From the human T2T-CHM13v2.0 reference genome, Homo sapiens: 64,000 nt of DNA. A program made the translations under genes and the position numbers. Shown piece by piece: positions 26,433 through 40,514 of the stretch. Location of the stretch: the NCBI RefSeq assembly GCF_009914755.1, contig NC_060942.1, one strand, 5' to 3'. A model generated the notes under the pieces. That model saw only the letters and a program-made list of their open reading frames with translations, was not told the origin of the DNA and did no database searches. Each line of letters begins with the position of its first letter. The stretch's first letter is position 1.

Positions 26433-27799
26433 CTCATATTTAGCTCAGAATAAATCTCTTAAAATACTTTACAGAGTTTGACTCTTTTTGTTGACAACAA
26501 TCAGCAGCAATTATTAAGCCAGTTTACCTTTCGACCTGTTTTCTTATAGCTGGTGGCTGCTTACTATTCTAGCATAATGCAGCCCTTGTTGCTAGACTCT
26601 GTTCATTTTCTCTTCTATAGATAAAATATAAGACCTTGTGAGATGATAAGTTTTCCACTGGGTTGCTCCTTTGAGTTCTACATACTAAGGAAACTACCCA
26701 CACCAGCTGGTCTGAGGGGCCAGCAGAAAACTGACTCATGGAAGAATGCAGTTTCCATATCCTGAGATTTCATCCCCCTTAACTGACCAATCAACCACCC
26801 CAAAATTTTCAGCACCTTGCCTTCCATGATCCCCTCAAAAACCCTTACTGAGAACCCCTTGAGGAAATGAATTTGAGACTTGAGAATTCCTCCTGTTTCC
26901 TCATTAGGCACTTTGCAATTATGAAAACCTTTCTCTGCTGTAAACTCCAGCCGTCAGTGGATTAGTCTGTTGCCACCCAGCAGGCCTAGGAACCTGGAAG
27001 TCCTATTACAAAATAATACCAAAGCTCATTGAAGAATAAGTAAAACATGATCAAAGGTAGAAGACATCTAATGAAATTTGGGACTGATAATGTGGCCCAA
27101 TTCTATATACCTCCTGTTGTTTCATCCTAGCTTGTTTGCTTATGGTACATTGAGAATTGCTTAGAAAAAAAATAGAGAAGTACTTTTGAAAGAAAATTCT
27201 TTCAAAATGTAAGTATAACCTCATTCCCCTGGTCTCACTCCCTTCCTGCTATAACTGAGATATCAACCTGCTGCCTCATTCTTTTCCATCCTTGACACCT
27301 GGCATTGCAGGGCTCTCAATGGAGACAGCTGATGTCGCCCTGCTCCTCCTGAGCCTCCTCCATCGTGAAAATATAAACTGTAGCCTGTCAGACAGAAGTT
27401 CAGGTGCCATTATGTGATTGTGTGTATGTGTTTGTGTGTTTGTGTGTCTGTGCAAATAGAGAAAGAGAGAGGGAAAGAAAGAGAAGTCTTCTCTTGCTAG
27501 AAAATAAAATCTATATTTTATTTAATTTTTTTTGTGGCGGAGAATTCTAAGATTTTCTTTCTCTAACTCAGTAATGTCTAACCTGTTACAGTCTACAATA
27601 GATTTGAGCTTTTATAATTTATTTTTCACAATGGTAACAGGAATGCAGTCCCTAAGTCTTATATATGGCATATTGCTATGAGTTGGGAATTTAAAAAGGT
27701 GAAATTCACAGTATTTATGATAAAGAAGGTTCTGATATTCATACTTCTTTCCTACTGGGCTACCATTAAGATCCAAAGAAATATGGACTACGTTTACAT

Positions 27800-28532
27800 A
27801 GGGAAAATAAAAATTAAAAACAAGAGACTTCATTTTCTCTATTAAAAATAAGGGGAGAGATGTTCTTCCTCCTAACTTAGAGCATTCACTTTAGAAAACA
27901 TATCATTGTAATTTCTTACTTGGTCCCTTTAAAATATATATAATTTTTTTAATGAAATGAGCCTTTTGCCTGCTTAAGCACCCAGGAATGTCTTTCTCAA
28001 AGACTTGGCAACCATCTCATTGAAATGTAAACAAGATAGATGGCATCCCTGTCTCCCAGAGTCTGTGTGTTCCTTGGGGTGGTATTGGTAAGAGCTTAAC
28101 TTTTTTCAGCACCTTGCTTCAAGTTGCAAAACCACCTGCTGACATAAAGATATGAGAAGTTTGGTTTCCCTTTGTGTAAAATCAGTTAACTAACACAAAT
28201 AGTCACCCTAATTACCAGGTGAATTTAAGATAAACTGTGTATAATAAATGGTGCTGTCAAATCCTGTTACTTGAGATAAAGTTATTGTTTATCTTGAGAA
28301 CACCTATATAATGGGTGGTAATGTAATGCATTTTGAGAATATACATGCAATGTAGTGCAAAAGTGTGTTTTTTTCTGTCTTTGCAATCTCAGACAATTTT
28401 CTGTGATGCATATCACATTCTGATTTAATACTTTTTCAATAATAAAACTGTTTTCTTTCTTGACTTGTAAACCTTGTGCAGAGGATTTCTGGGTTGAGAG
28501 AAGATTTTGTATTCAATTTTGTTTCCCCAACA
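27800..28532 (+). mobile_element. MER67C-like ERV1 solo LTR
   Basis: aataaaactgttttctttc...ttccccaaca 3' end and characteristic core. Confidence 0.75.
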
Positions 28533-29063
28533 TTTACCACAATGCTGATTAAGATGAATAAAAAATATACCATCTTTATTATAATGAGTACAAGCTAGAG
28601 AGTATCTTTTCTAAATTTTAGGTTTTTTTCCTGAATTATTTTATGGCTTCTGGCAAGTCAATGAGGTTATCTACCTAGTAAAAAATGTATAAATCAGATC
28701 TTCCAGTTAAGTTTAGTCTCATGAACATTTAAACATTAATAGTAATGAACACGTGTCAGCCTAAGCCTTTCTCTTTACTGTTATTATTCTCCTATTTAAA
28801 CTTACATTCTTTAAGGTATATTGATTGGGGCAATAAAATAGGAAGAAAAAGTTAAATAGCAACCAATTCAACTATGCTTTATCTAAATTAATAGGCTTTG
28901 CTTTCACACTGATACTCTTTTATTTCTTTAAAACAGAGACAGATTTTGTTCTCAAAGACTTAAGGAAACATGCTTGTAATTCCACTAATTAATTATGAAC
29001 AATTGGTTGACAGGGGCATTTTTTCCAAGAACAATATAAAAATGACCAGGTGCCATTATGTAC

Positions 29064-29137
29064 GTGTGTGTGTGTATGTGTGTGTGTGTGTGTGTGTGCG
29101 TGTGTGTGTGTATTGGGAGGGGAGAGAGAGAGAGAGA
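29064..29137. repeat. (TG)n plus (GA)n microsatellite
   Basis: Directly visible. Confidence 0.95.
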
Positions 29138-29369
29138 ACATATCAAAAAGTCTAGTTTATGTTGATATTTTTTATTTGAATAATAATAGAAAAGCATTAG
29201 AAGAAAACAAACAGTAAATATGAATAGTTTTGAAACAACTGGATTGCAGTCCACTGCAGGAAAATGCTCTTTAGCCATTGTTACATTTAAATTATAAAGT
29301 TATTCTAGGACCTAATGAAATTTTCCTAAGCAAATGCAAGCCTGTTTAAAGAATAATGATGATAACAGA

Positions 29370-29620
29370 AATAGTAATAATAATAGCCAATATTTGCTGA
29401 ATGTTTACCAAACACCAAGCATGGTATTAAGTTATTTTCATACTGTGACAACCTTATGAGTAGGAACTGTGATGGCCATTTTACAGAGAATAAAACTGGG
29501 ACAGAGCCGAGTTAAAATAACTTGCTACTAAAATCACTGAGCAGGTAAATGCAAAGCAAGGATTTGAATCCACATACTATAGGGCTAGGGTCTCAGCTCT
29601 CAACCTGTTGCTGTTCTGCC
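29370..29620 (-). mobile_element. MIR
   Basis: Motifs ccattttacagag..aaactg and ggatttgaatcc. Confidence 0.7.
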
Positions 29621-30169
29621 TTTCTTGGGGCTTCTCTTAATGAACTCTTCCAGCACTTATCTTTTATTTAATAATAGAAGTGTGTACACATACTGAAGGT
29701 GATTTTATTCTGTAATCCAAACAACCATTCCTATAAATAGTCTAAGCCTAGTAATACTTTAAATACTATCTTACATATACTGCCTTATTGAACCCACTCA
29801 ACATTTTAAGGTATACATTTATACATACATCTCCTTAACCCATTAAGAAAATACTGTTAAAAAGGGCAGGTTGTTCACCTACAATTGCAGAACTAGGACT
29901 TGAAAATAAGTGTTCCTCATATCTTTGTATTAGATGGGCTATTTACTTTGCTTTAGGAAATCCAGTATTTCTGGAAATATATGACTAACTTAGCAGACTG
30001 TACCAAGACAGTGGCATTCATGATGAATCTTTATTTCTAGGATATCAACATTAATATTTTCTGGTCAAAAGATCTGTTGTATTAATTCTTCTTAAAGTGG
30101 GTATTCGGGATATTAATACAGAGTTAAATCCATGATGTGAAGTCAAAGGGTAATCAGGAAGGCAGGAAG

Positions 30170-30340
30170 GCAGTGGATAGTGGCTATAAGCATGGGCTTT
30201 GGGGTTAACTAGACCCACAATTAAATCCTAGCTCTGCATTTATTAGCTCTCTGGCATTAAGCAAATTACTTATCCTCCCCATTCTGTGAGATGGGTCAAA
30301 TGATAACCATTTCATAGGTATGCTATAAATGCCAATGTGG
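30170..30340 (+). mobile_element. MIR fragment
   Basis: aaatcctagctctgcatttattagct..gcaaattactt. Confidence 0.65.
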
Positions 30341-30627
30341 TCAAACAGCAGCTACTAAATGCTTTATAAAAATTATTTCAGTATAAGTGAATAACATAAG
30401 GCAAAGTTTCCCAGAATGGGGTACAGGTACTTAGACTAGATTTTATGTGATTTAAGTATCTATTTTTTTTCATAAATATATATTTATTTGATTTTACATT
30501 ATAATAACTGTAACCAGTACCTCAAAACTATAATTATGGGCATTTTTCTTTACTTTGCAAGTTCCTTACCTTGAGGCTAAGACAACATAGAAAGTTGGTT
30601 TTACGCTAATTAAAAAATGTAGTTTTT

Positions 30628-30991
<364 letters not shown>

Positions 30992-31672
30992 TTATATCAG
31001 ACTTAGACGTTCTTTAATGTCCAAATTAACTTCCTTAGGAAGAACAAAAGGAATGTGAAAGATGAAGAAAGTAACTTTGTAATTATTGCACAGAAATCAT
31101 AATTTGTAAATTTATGCTAAACTTCCTACATTTTAAATTACTAAACAGAAAATCTAGTTAATTATGTCATGTAAGTGAGATATTTTCATTCTATATTTAA
31201 AAACTCACTAGAATTCATAGAATAAACTGGTGTGATGCACCATGTGGAGGTCTTTTATGGAGCACAAAATGTCTAATAATTTTTACAATTATTTATTATT
31301 TATTCATTCATTCATCCATCCATTCTTTCAATCAATAGTTTGAAGTGATTGTTATGAGCCAGACAATGATCTAGTGCTAGAAATATAATGAAAGACCAAA
31401 CAAACATAGAACCCTGCCCACATTATAGTATGGGAGACATAAAACAACTGAATATCTACTTTGTTACAAAATATTATTTGGTTTTTAAACTATTTATAGA
31501 TTTTGTGTTTATATTTGTTCTATTCTTTATTCATTGGATTGGTTATTATGTTTACAAATTTTCTGATAAGTATTCTGATTAAAATAATGTATTTTTGATC
31601 AATAAGTTCAAACTGAAAGATTTGAATATGTGGGCACAGACTTATCCTAATATGCATGTAAAAGATAAGTTC

Positions 31673-32525
31673 TTTTTTTTATTATTATACTTTAAGTTCT
31701 AGGGTACATGTGCACAACGTGCAGGTTTATTACATATGTATACATGTGCTATGTTGATGTGCTGCACCCATTAACTCATCATTCACATTAGGTATATCTC
31801 CTAATGCTGTCCTTCCCCTCTCCCCCGACCCCATGACGGGCCCCAGTGTGTGATGCTCCCCTTCCTGTGTCCAAGTGTTCTCATTGTTCAATTCCCACCT
31901 ATGAGTGAGAACATGCGGTGTTTGGTTTTTTGTCCTTGTGATAGTTTGCTGAGAATGAGGGTTTCCAGCTTCATCCATGTCCCTGCAAAGGACATGAACT
32001 CATCCTTTTTTATGGCTGCATAGTATTCCATGGTGTATATGTGCCACATTTTCTTAATCCAGTCTATCATTGATGGATATTTGGGCTGGTTCCAAGTCTT
32101 TGCTATTGTGAATAGTGCCACAATAAACATACGTGTGCATGTGTCTTTATAGCAGCATGATTTATAATCCTTTGGGTATATACCCAGTAATGGGATGGCT
32201 GGGTCAAATGGTATTTCTAGTTCTAGATCCTTGAGGAATCGCCACACTGTCTTCCACAATGGTTAAACTAGTTTACAGTCCCACCAACAGTGTAAAAGTG
32301 TTCCTATTTCTCCACATCCTCTCCAGCACCTGTTGTTTCCTAACTTTTTAATGATCACCATTCTAACTGGTGTGAGATGGTATCTCATTGTGGTTTTGAT
32401 TTGCATTTCTCTGATGGCCGGTGATGATGAGCATTTTTTCGTGTGTCTGTTGGCTGCATAAATGTCTTCGTTTGCGAAGTGTCTGTTCATATCCTTTGCC
32501 CACTTTTTGATGGGGTTGTTTGTTT
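31673..32525 (-). mobile_element. L1PA (young primate L1) 3' fragment
   Basis: Poly-T plus 3'UTR; ORF2 C-terminus WKTVWRFLKDLELEIPFDPAIPLLGIYP...HRMFSLIGGN. Confidence 0.97.
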
Positions 32526-33683
32526 ACATTATCTTTCTGACATCATTTAAAATATTAAACGCTTTAATATATGGCACCTTTAAAATTGAGTCAGAGCCTT
32601 TTAGTGAAAGAATCTGTTTTCCTAAAATAGAAATAACTTTAATATTTAATAGCTTCAGGTTTATACACTCCATTTTTTTTCAAAATGTAGAATTTTGAGG
32701 GTTTTTTACTTATCAAAGTAACTTCAGAAGTTTTGTTTAAGATGGTAGAGTGAAGTAGAAGTTTTGTTTAAGGTGGTAGAAAATTGACTTAAATGACACT
32801 TTTCCTAAGGAAAAAAAAAGATAATTAAGTCCACAACACAATTATGCATAGGTGGAGATTTCATTTCAGGGAAGGCCTTTTTTTAACAAAAATAAAAGCA
32901 AATCTTAGTCTTTCAAGATTGCTGACATAAACACATAGTTATAGAATACACACAACACTTTAGATGTTAAAATCTAGATAGGTGATAACAAGAAGAGGTT
33001 CTGCCATCTAGAAGGATTCATGGAGAAAGTAAGACCTTATGTGGATGAAGAAAGAGCAGGGGAAAGCATCATAAATATCAGAGGGCATAGCAATGCCGAC
33101 AAAATGTGAAAACACAAGTAACTATGGTCAGAGCATAGTTTCTGCAGAAAAGTGACAGTTACTGATATTTTAAGAGCTGAGTTGGAATTCTGCATAAAAT
33201 GCTTGGAAATCTAATGTAGTTCACAAGAAGGGAAAGTCCCAAATTTTTATTTTCTAGTTATTCAATAAAGTGAGGAGATAAGCATTTGCTATGGTTCATC
33301 AAAGTGACACTTCTATAATAATATATGATTAAAACAAATTTTTTTCTACCCCTCAGTACTCTAGGGCTCTGTGGTAAGTGTGCACTTTGCCTGTTTGTGA
33401 AACTGACATTTCATAATGTAACTGCCTGAGTAGGCTAAGTCAAATTCTAGGTTTTGTATTAAACTCATGATAGATAGACTATTTTGAGCTTAGCCACAGG
33501 CTGAGGACATGGGTATTCTGGGCATACATATATCAACTCTGCTAGGGAATTTGGATGGAGCCAGCATGGTTTTTGAACTACACTAAACAACCCTGAATCC
33601 ACAGCTTTTTAATTGTCTACTCTAGCTTTCAGAAGGTAAGTATTACATAATTAATTCTTTGGATTAAAAAAGTTGTTGGAAAT

Positions 33684-35978
33684 TGATATGATTTGGCTGT
33701 GTCCCCACCAAAATCTCATCTTGAATTGTAACTCTCACAATTCACACCTGTCATGGGAACAACATGGTGGGAGGTGATTGAATTATGGGGGTGGGCCTTC
33801 CTACACTGTTCTCATGATAGTGAATGGGTCTCATGAGATCCGATGGCTTTAAAAACAAGAGTTTGCCTGCATGAGCTCTCTTCTCTTGTTTGCTGCCATG
33901 TGAGACATGACTTTCATCTATCACCATGATTGTGAGGCCTCCTCAGCCACATAGAACTGTAAACTCATTAAACCTTTCTTTTGTAAATTGCCCAGTCTTG
34001 GGTATGTCTTTATCAGCAGTGCGAAAGGGACTAATACAGTAAAGTGGTACCAGGAGTGGGGTGCCAGCGGAAAAATACCTGAAACTATGGAACTGACTTT
34101 GGAACTGGATAAGGGTGGAACACTTTGGAGGGCTCAGAAGAAGAAAAGAAAATGTCAGAAAGCTTAGAACTCCCTAGAGACTGGTTGAATGGCTTTGACC
34201 AAAATGCTGATAATAATATGGACAATGAAATCCAAGCTGAAGTAGCCTCAGGTAGAGATGAAGAACTTGTTGGGAACTGGAGAAAATGTGACTATTGTTA
34301 TGTTTTAGCAAAGAGAGTGGCAGCATTTTGCCCCTGCCCTAGAGATCTGTGGAACATTGAACTTGAGAGAGATAATTTAGCATATCTGGCAGAAGAAATT
34401 TCTAAGCAGCAAAGAATTCAAGAGATGATTTAAGTTTTGTTAAAGGCATTCAGTTTATAAGGGAAGCAGAGCATAAAAGTTTGGAAAATTTGCAGCCTGA
34501 CAATGCAATAGAAAAGAAAATTCCATTTTCTGAGGAGAAATTGAAGCCTGCTGCAGAAATTTGAATAAGTAACGAGGAGCCAAATGTTAATCTTTAAGAC
34601 AATGTTGAAAATGTCTCCAGGGCATGTCAGAGTTCTTCATGGCAGCCCCTCCTATCACAGCCCTTTTCCTTTTTAAGAGGCCTAAAAAACTAAATGGTTT
34701 TGTGAGCTGGGCCCAGGGTCCCTGTGCTGTGTGTAGTCTAGGAACTTAGTGCCCTGAGTCCTAGCCACTGCAGCTGTGACTAAAAGGGACCAAGGTACAG
34801 CTTGGCCATGGCTTCAGAAGGTACAAGCCCAAGCCCTGGTAGCTTCCATGTGGTATTGAGCCTGTGGGTGCACAGAAGTCAAGAATTATGGTTTGGAAAC
34901 CTCTGCCTAGCTTTCAGAAGATAGAAGGAAATGCTTGGGTGGCCAGGAAAAAGTTTGCTGCAGGAACAGGGACCTCATGGAGAACCTCTGCTAGGGCAGT
35001 TCAGAAAGGAAATGTGGGTTGGTGCTCCCACATAGAGTCACTACTGAGGCACTGCCTAGTGGAGCTGTGAGAAGAGGGCCACCATCCTCCAGACCCTGGA
35101 ATGGTAGATCCACCTGCAGCTTGCACTGTGCACCTGGAAAAGCCGCAGACACTCAATGCCAGCCCTTGAGAGCAGTCACAAGGTGTGCCATACCCTGCAA
35201 AGCCACAGGGGCGGAGCTGCCCAAGACCATGGGAACCCATCTCTTGCATCAATGTGACCTAGATGTGAGACATAGAGTTAAAGGAGATCATTTTAGAGCT
35301 TTAGAATTTGATTACCGCCCCCCTCCCCCAGATTTCAGATTTGCATGGAGCCTGTAGCCCCTTCATTTTGGCCAATGTCTCCCATTTGGAATGACTATAT
35401 TTACCCAATGTCTGTACCTCCATTGTATCTAGGAAGTAACTAACTTGCTTTTGATTTTCCAGGTTCATAGCTGGAAGGGACTTGCCTAGTTTCAGATGAG
35501 ACTTGACTGTGGACTTTTGAGTTAATGCTGAAATGAATTAAGACTTTAGGGAACTGCTGGGAAGGCATGATTGGTTTTGAAATGTGAGGATATGAGATTT
35601 GGGAGGGGCCAGGAGTAGAATGATATGGTTTGGCTGTGTCCCCACCCAAATCTCATCTTGAATTGTAACTCCCACACTTCTACATGTCGTGGGAGGAACT
35701 CAGTGGGAGGTCAGTGAATTATGGGGGTGGATCTTTCCTGCACTGTTCTCATGATACTGAATGAGTCTCACAAGATCTGATGGCTTTAAAAACAAGAATT
35801 TACCTGCACAAGATCTCTTCTTTTGTCTGCCTCCATGTGAGACATAACTTTCTCCTTCCACCAGGATTATGAGGCCTCCCCAGCCACGTGGAACTGTACA
35901 TCCATTAAACCCCTTTCTTTTGTAAATTGCCCAGTCTTGGGTGTGTCTTTATCAGCAGCATGAAAACAGACTAACACA
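33684..35978 (+). mobile_element. THE1A-type MaLR provirus (LTRs 33684-34038 and 35621-35978, ~1.58-kb internal region)
   Basis: Paired tgatatg...taa(t/c)aca LTRs; internal ORF remnant ESLELPRDWLNGFDQNAD. Confidence 0.95.
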
Positions 35979-36239
35979 GTAAATAGAGGTAAAATGAGTA
36001 AAAATGCTAGAGAGATTAGAGAAGAAAAACAATTGTCCTAAAACAGAAACAGGAATGTTAAGGATTTGAGGAGGTTTCAAAGCACATGTGCGAAGGCAGA
36101 TAATGGAGACAAAATTCAATGTTTTGTCTTCAATATAACCTTAATGAAGTAAAGGATAAATGAATCTTATTAAATTGGAAAAATCCTCAGATGGAAAGAT
36201 TTTGCTTGCCAGAACCATAATTCCTCACTGCTCTGATAC

Positions 36240-36443
36240 CCTAAACTGAAGTAAAGAAGTATCTCTGATCTTTATCTCTCCAACAAAATAAAACCAGAAG
36301 AAATCTCTCAAAGGTAATGACTCCATCTCAATATAAAGGACATGAAAATGGTGCATTCGCAATTTCACTATTGTTTGTTCATCCACATAGGACATTAGAG
36401 TAGCTCCTGCAGAAAGCCTCCAGAGCCTCACTCCATGCCATTC
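36240..36443 (-). pseudogene. Copy A exon remnant
   Basis: Acceptor ctttcttctcccag. A phase-1 join gives GMAWSEALEAFCRSYSNVLCG*TNNSEIANAPF..DGVITF, versus GREB1 [31 protein letters not shown]..DDVDF. Confidence 0.68.
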
Positions 36444-36718
36444 CTGGGAGAAGAAAGTGGGCTGTGTGTCACATAAAGGTTTTCTTGACAGACTGTTATC
36501 CTGGGGGAATCCAATACCCCAAATGTAAGGCCTTGGATTCAACCACCTGGTCTCATTTTCAAGCCTTCCAAGTTAGTAACTGTGAAAAATTCAAAGCCTT
36601 AGCTATTGAACTGTACAGGCTAAACTTTCTAAAATTTAAAAAAGAAATAAAGAGAGAAAATAATTAATTATTTTAACAAATATTTATTGAGCTTTATTAG
36701 CATAGAAATAGTGCTCAC

Positions 36719-37280
36719 CTGAAAACCTCATATGTATTTCATTTTGTAAGATTTCTACTTTGCTCAATTTTTAATATTTGCTATTGTAGTATTTCTTATT
36801 ACATGCCAGAAATTTCCATTTAGGATAAAATGAAATTTTATGATTTTGTCTTGTGTCCAGAATCAATTTGGAAAGCAGGAAATAATAAATCCATAGAGGC
36901 AAAGATTCCATGGGGCGAAAGATTGAAGGTGCATTCTTTCCATTAAGTGGTAGACAGAAGTTCTGCTTTCAAGTTGAATGGATTTCCTTAGAGGTCAGTA
37001 CAAGACCTCCCAGGAAATCTCACAGAGTGAGACAGAACTGAGCATCCCTTCAGTTACTTTGCTGTATGTCTCTGAGGTATTTAGAGAAATATCATATCTG
37101 ATGGCTATGAAACTAGAGGCTCAGGAACAGCAATGCTACCCTAGAGCATCAAGACTGCAGGAGAGATTTTGAAGAAGCTTCTCCCCCATCTGTCTTCCAG
37201 CACATGAGAGAAATGAAGGAGCATGTTTTTAGTTTAATACTTAGAGAGCAGAGAGGATTACTGCAAGTTTAGATCATTGC
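36719..37280 (-). pseudogene. Copy A exon remnant (start of glycosyltransferase-like domain)
   Basis: Donor CAG|gtgagc. HAPSFLSCAGRQMGEKLLQNLSCSLDA, YFSKYL, KEI and LWIYYFLLS versus GREB1 [31 protein letters not shown], KEL and IWPFIVIS. Confidence 0.78.
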
Positions 37281-37369
37281 TATAGGCTTACCATTCTTGA
37301 ATTTGTATCACTTTTGTGCTATCAAACTCAGTTAATATTTAAAAATAAAACCTTCAATTTTATTTTTTT

Positions 37370-38030
37370 ATTTTTTATTTTTCTTTCCAGTTATCTCACA
37401 AAAGTTATGTTGGGTCAATCCACATCTACATGGTCTTGTTTTATACTTGTTGGTTTGAATCAGGAGCTAAAATAACTTCATACATGGTGATTGACTGTTC
37501 TTTCTTTAAAGTATGTTTCATCACTAGAGTTCTCATCCATTTTTTTGTCCTTCAACACTTGTGGAAGAAACTAGTTCTTTTATCCTTTGGTGTTCCTACT
37601 TTGGGTTTTGCTAATCATGTCCTTATAGGATGATGCTTAATATTTTTCTCTGTCTTTGGTGTTTTTTTTGTAAATTGGAAGTTGGATCAATAGGCTTCAT
37701 CAGATTTGGTTTGATTTTCTAAAAAGAAAATTATACATGTGGGGTGTTCTTCCATCAAGAAGCACACAATGTTTGATTGTCTTTTATTTTGTGATTTTAG
37801 CAAACCTTGTGTTTCATGCCTATATTTGTTATTTTAAGAGGGGTTGCAAGATGTTAATATTCTGTTCTGTTGTTTATTCATCTGTTCAGTGGGATATGGT
37901 TACAAAGAGAAGCTTCCCCTTAACTTTGTCATTGTTAAGCTCCCCCTTAATTTTGTCATTGTTTGGCAATATTTTAAGATATATATGGAAGCTGAAGGCT
38001 CTAAATTGTCAAAGACTTATAGAGCTCCCT
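37370..38030 (-). mobile_element. Old L1MC-type fragment containing a 27-bp tandem duplication (37910-37963)
   Basis: T-rich L1 3' sequence; aagct(t/c)ccccttaa(c/t)tttgtcattgtt twice. Confidence 0.55.
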
Positions 38031-38099
38031 AAGTAGTTTCATCAATACTCACTCATTTTCACGGGCTTGGAGATAGCTCCTAGAGACTTGGCTGTCTAG

Positions 38100-38490
38100 A
38101 AGAAAAAAGTCTACTCCTCATTTTCACTGGAGCTGGTTGTGCCCATGTGACTATGTTCTGCCACTGAGATATAAGTGGAAAGTGTGAGACTGCTTCCATG
38201 AGGCCCTCTTAGAAGGTAGCTCTGCTGGCTTCTGACCCCTTCTTCTTTGCCTTTTCCTAATCCTTGAAATGCGTAGGATGCAGAAGAGATGGCTGGACTC
38301 TTAGCCGTATTAGACTAGGAAGTCAGGGTCCACATCCTAGAAATGGCAGACATGAGAGCCATAAAATCCATGGGTCCCAAAAATTCTGCATGCTATATTA
38401 ATCCTGAGCTGCCCACCTGCAGATTGCTTTTACATGAGAGGGAAACAGATTTGTATTTTGTTTAAGATACTATATTGGGGGTCCTAGAGA
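38100..38490 (+). mobile_element. MLT1-type LTR fragment
   Basis: Motifs ccatgtgact..gttctg..gagat and tttgtttaag. Confidence 0.55.
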
Positions 38491-38511
38491 TGCTACTTTT
38501 GAAATAAACCT

Positions 38512-39458
38512 TAAACATTTATTTAGATTCAGGGGGTACATGCGCAGGCTTTTTACCTGGGTATGTTGTGTGATGCTGAGATTTGGGGTATAATTGATCC
38601 TGTCACCCAGGTAGTGAACATAGTACTCAGTAGTTTTTCAACACTTTCCCCACTCCCTTCCTGCCCCCCAGCAGTCCCCAGAGTCTACCGTTGCTATATT
38701 TATGTCCATGACTACTCAATGTTTAGCTCCCACTTATAAGTGAGAACATGCATATTTGGTTTTCTGTTCCTGCATTAATTCATTTAGAATAAGGCCTCCC
38801 ACTGCATCTATGTTGCTGCAAAGGACATGACTTCATTCCTTTTTATGCCTGTGTAGTATTCCATGGCGTACATGTTCAACATTTTCTTTATCCAATCCAC
38901 TGTTGATGGGTACCTAGGTTGATTCCACATCTTTACTATTGGGAATAGGGCTGTGATGAACATACAAGTGCATGTTTCTTTTTGATAGTGAAATTTTTGG
39001 GGGGGTATATACTCAGTAATGAAATTGCTGGGTCAAATGGTAGTTTAAGTTCTTTGAGAAATCTCCAGACTGCTTTCCACAGGAGCCAAACTAATTTACA
39101 TTCCCACCAACAGTGTATAAGCATTCCCTCTTCTCCACAGCCTCAACAGCATCTGTTGTTTTTTGACTTTTAGTAATAGCCATTATGACTGGTGTGAGAT
39201 GATATCTCCTTGTGGTTTTGATTTGCATTTCTCTGATGATTCCTGATGTTAAGCTTCTCTTCATGTTTATTGGCGACTTGGATGTCTTCTTTTGAGAAGT
39301 GTCTGTACATGTCTTTGGCCTACTTTTTAATGTGGCTATTTGGTTTCTGCTTGTTGAATTGTCCAAGTTTCTTATATATTCTGTATAGTAGACCTTTGCT
39401 GGATGCATAGCTTGCAAATATATTCTCTTATTCTGTAGGTTGTCTAGTTACTCTGTTA
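38512..39458 (-). mobile_element. L1PA15/16-like 3' fragment
   Basis: ORF2 C-terminal remnant ([18 protein letters not shown]) plus 3'UTR. Confidence 0.92.
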
Positions 39459-39589
39459 AAATCTTCAATTTTAATGAAGGTATGAGATTAGTCAAGAATT
39501 TATGGTGAAGAAAGAGCAATTTATTATTTACTTCAGTTCCATCTCAGACAGAAATAAGTTTAAATTATGTTTGTTTTAATAATTTTTAA

Positions 39590-39930
39590 AACCTTCTGAC
39601 TACATTGTAAATATAGGAAAAATATGATGAAAACAACTGGTTAAATAATTAATGATGTTATGAATGGAACAAAATTATTAGAATATTTCCAAAATGGTAG
39701 AAACATCTTAAATAAGAAGGTATCTTTTACAATCCTATTTGTCTTTCTAAATAAGCCACAGCAGGAGTTTAATGTATGAAATAAACATCTTATTTGATCT
39801 GCATCTGTGACAGAGGATGTAGCTGGAGACAATGTACATCACAATGCAAAGCATTGTTGGGGCTCAATAAGGGGCTTTCTCTTTTCTTAGAAGTCAAGCT
39901 ACACATAATTCCAGGGCACTTTGAAACATG
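39590..39930 (-). pseudogene. Copy A exon remnant (CxxC region)
   Basis: SSYILCHRCRSN versus GREB1 NTYHHCEQCHQY, and KDTFLFKMF..LII versus ESTLHAFAF..FII. Boundaries approximate. Confidence 0.55.
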
Positions 39931-40514
39931 ATGGGGCAAAAATAACCTTGATTCTTAATTATTGACATGCAAATCTATGCAAAAACATACTAATAATGTT
40001 TGTAAGAGTTGAATCAAATTTGGCAAAACAATCAAGGAGTATACTTTTTTATTTCTATTGCAGAACTATGATATTTTTCCTTTTTCTTCTACAACATTTT
40101 TTTTTCTGGGAATACTTGGATGGCAAGGTGTTTTAAGAAATCCAAAATTGTGGATTACCCATCTGGTTGGCTCATGACCTAATTCCTGATCCATGGAGCT
40201 CAAATAAGTTAAATTGATCTCATCCTCAATCACTATCAGAAAGGCAGTAGAAGCTCAATAAATATTTGTTGAATAAGAGTAAGTATAGACCCTGAAAATA
40301 GGCAGACTCGGAGCATCTACATGTCAAAATGGACACAGCAGACTCTTCTACTTTTCAAAGCACCTCAGATTCTATGTCAACAAAATGACAATTTTCAGAG
40401 TGCTCTGCTAAATGGCAATTCTCCTATTTTGGGATGAGAAGCATCTATAATAAGCAATGGAAACAGAAACTACATTTTGTACATGACAGAAAATATTTGA
40501 TTTGAGGAAAGAGT

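Noticed and set aside
31655-32540. Inverted target duplication (AAAGATAA/TTATCTTT) around the L1PA
   Set aside because: An 8-bp AT-rich match is expected by chance.
32725-32781. 31-bp-period direct duplication
   Set aside because: Ordinary slippage duplication with no sign of function.
36240-36443. C-type lectin or EF-hand reading of WSEALEAFC / DGVITF
   Set aside because: The spacing is wrong, and the colinear GREB1 context explains the segment better.
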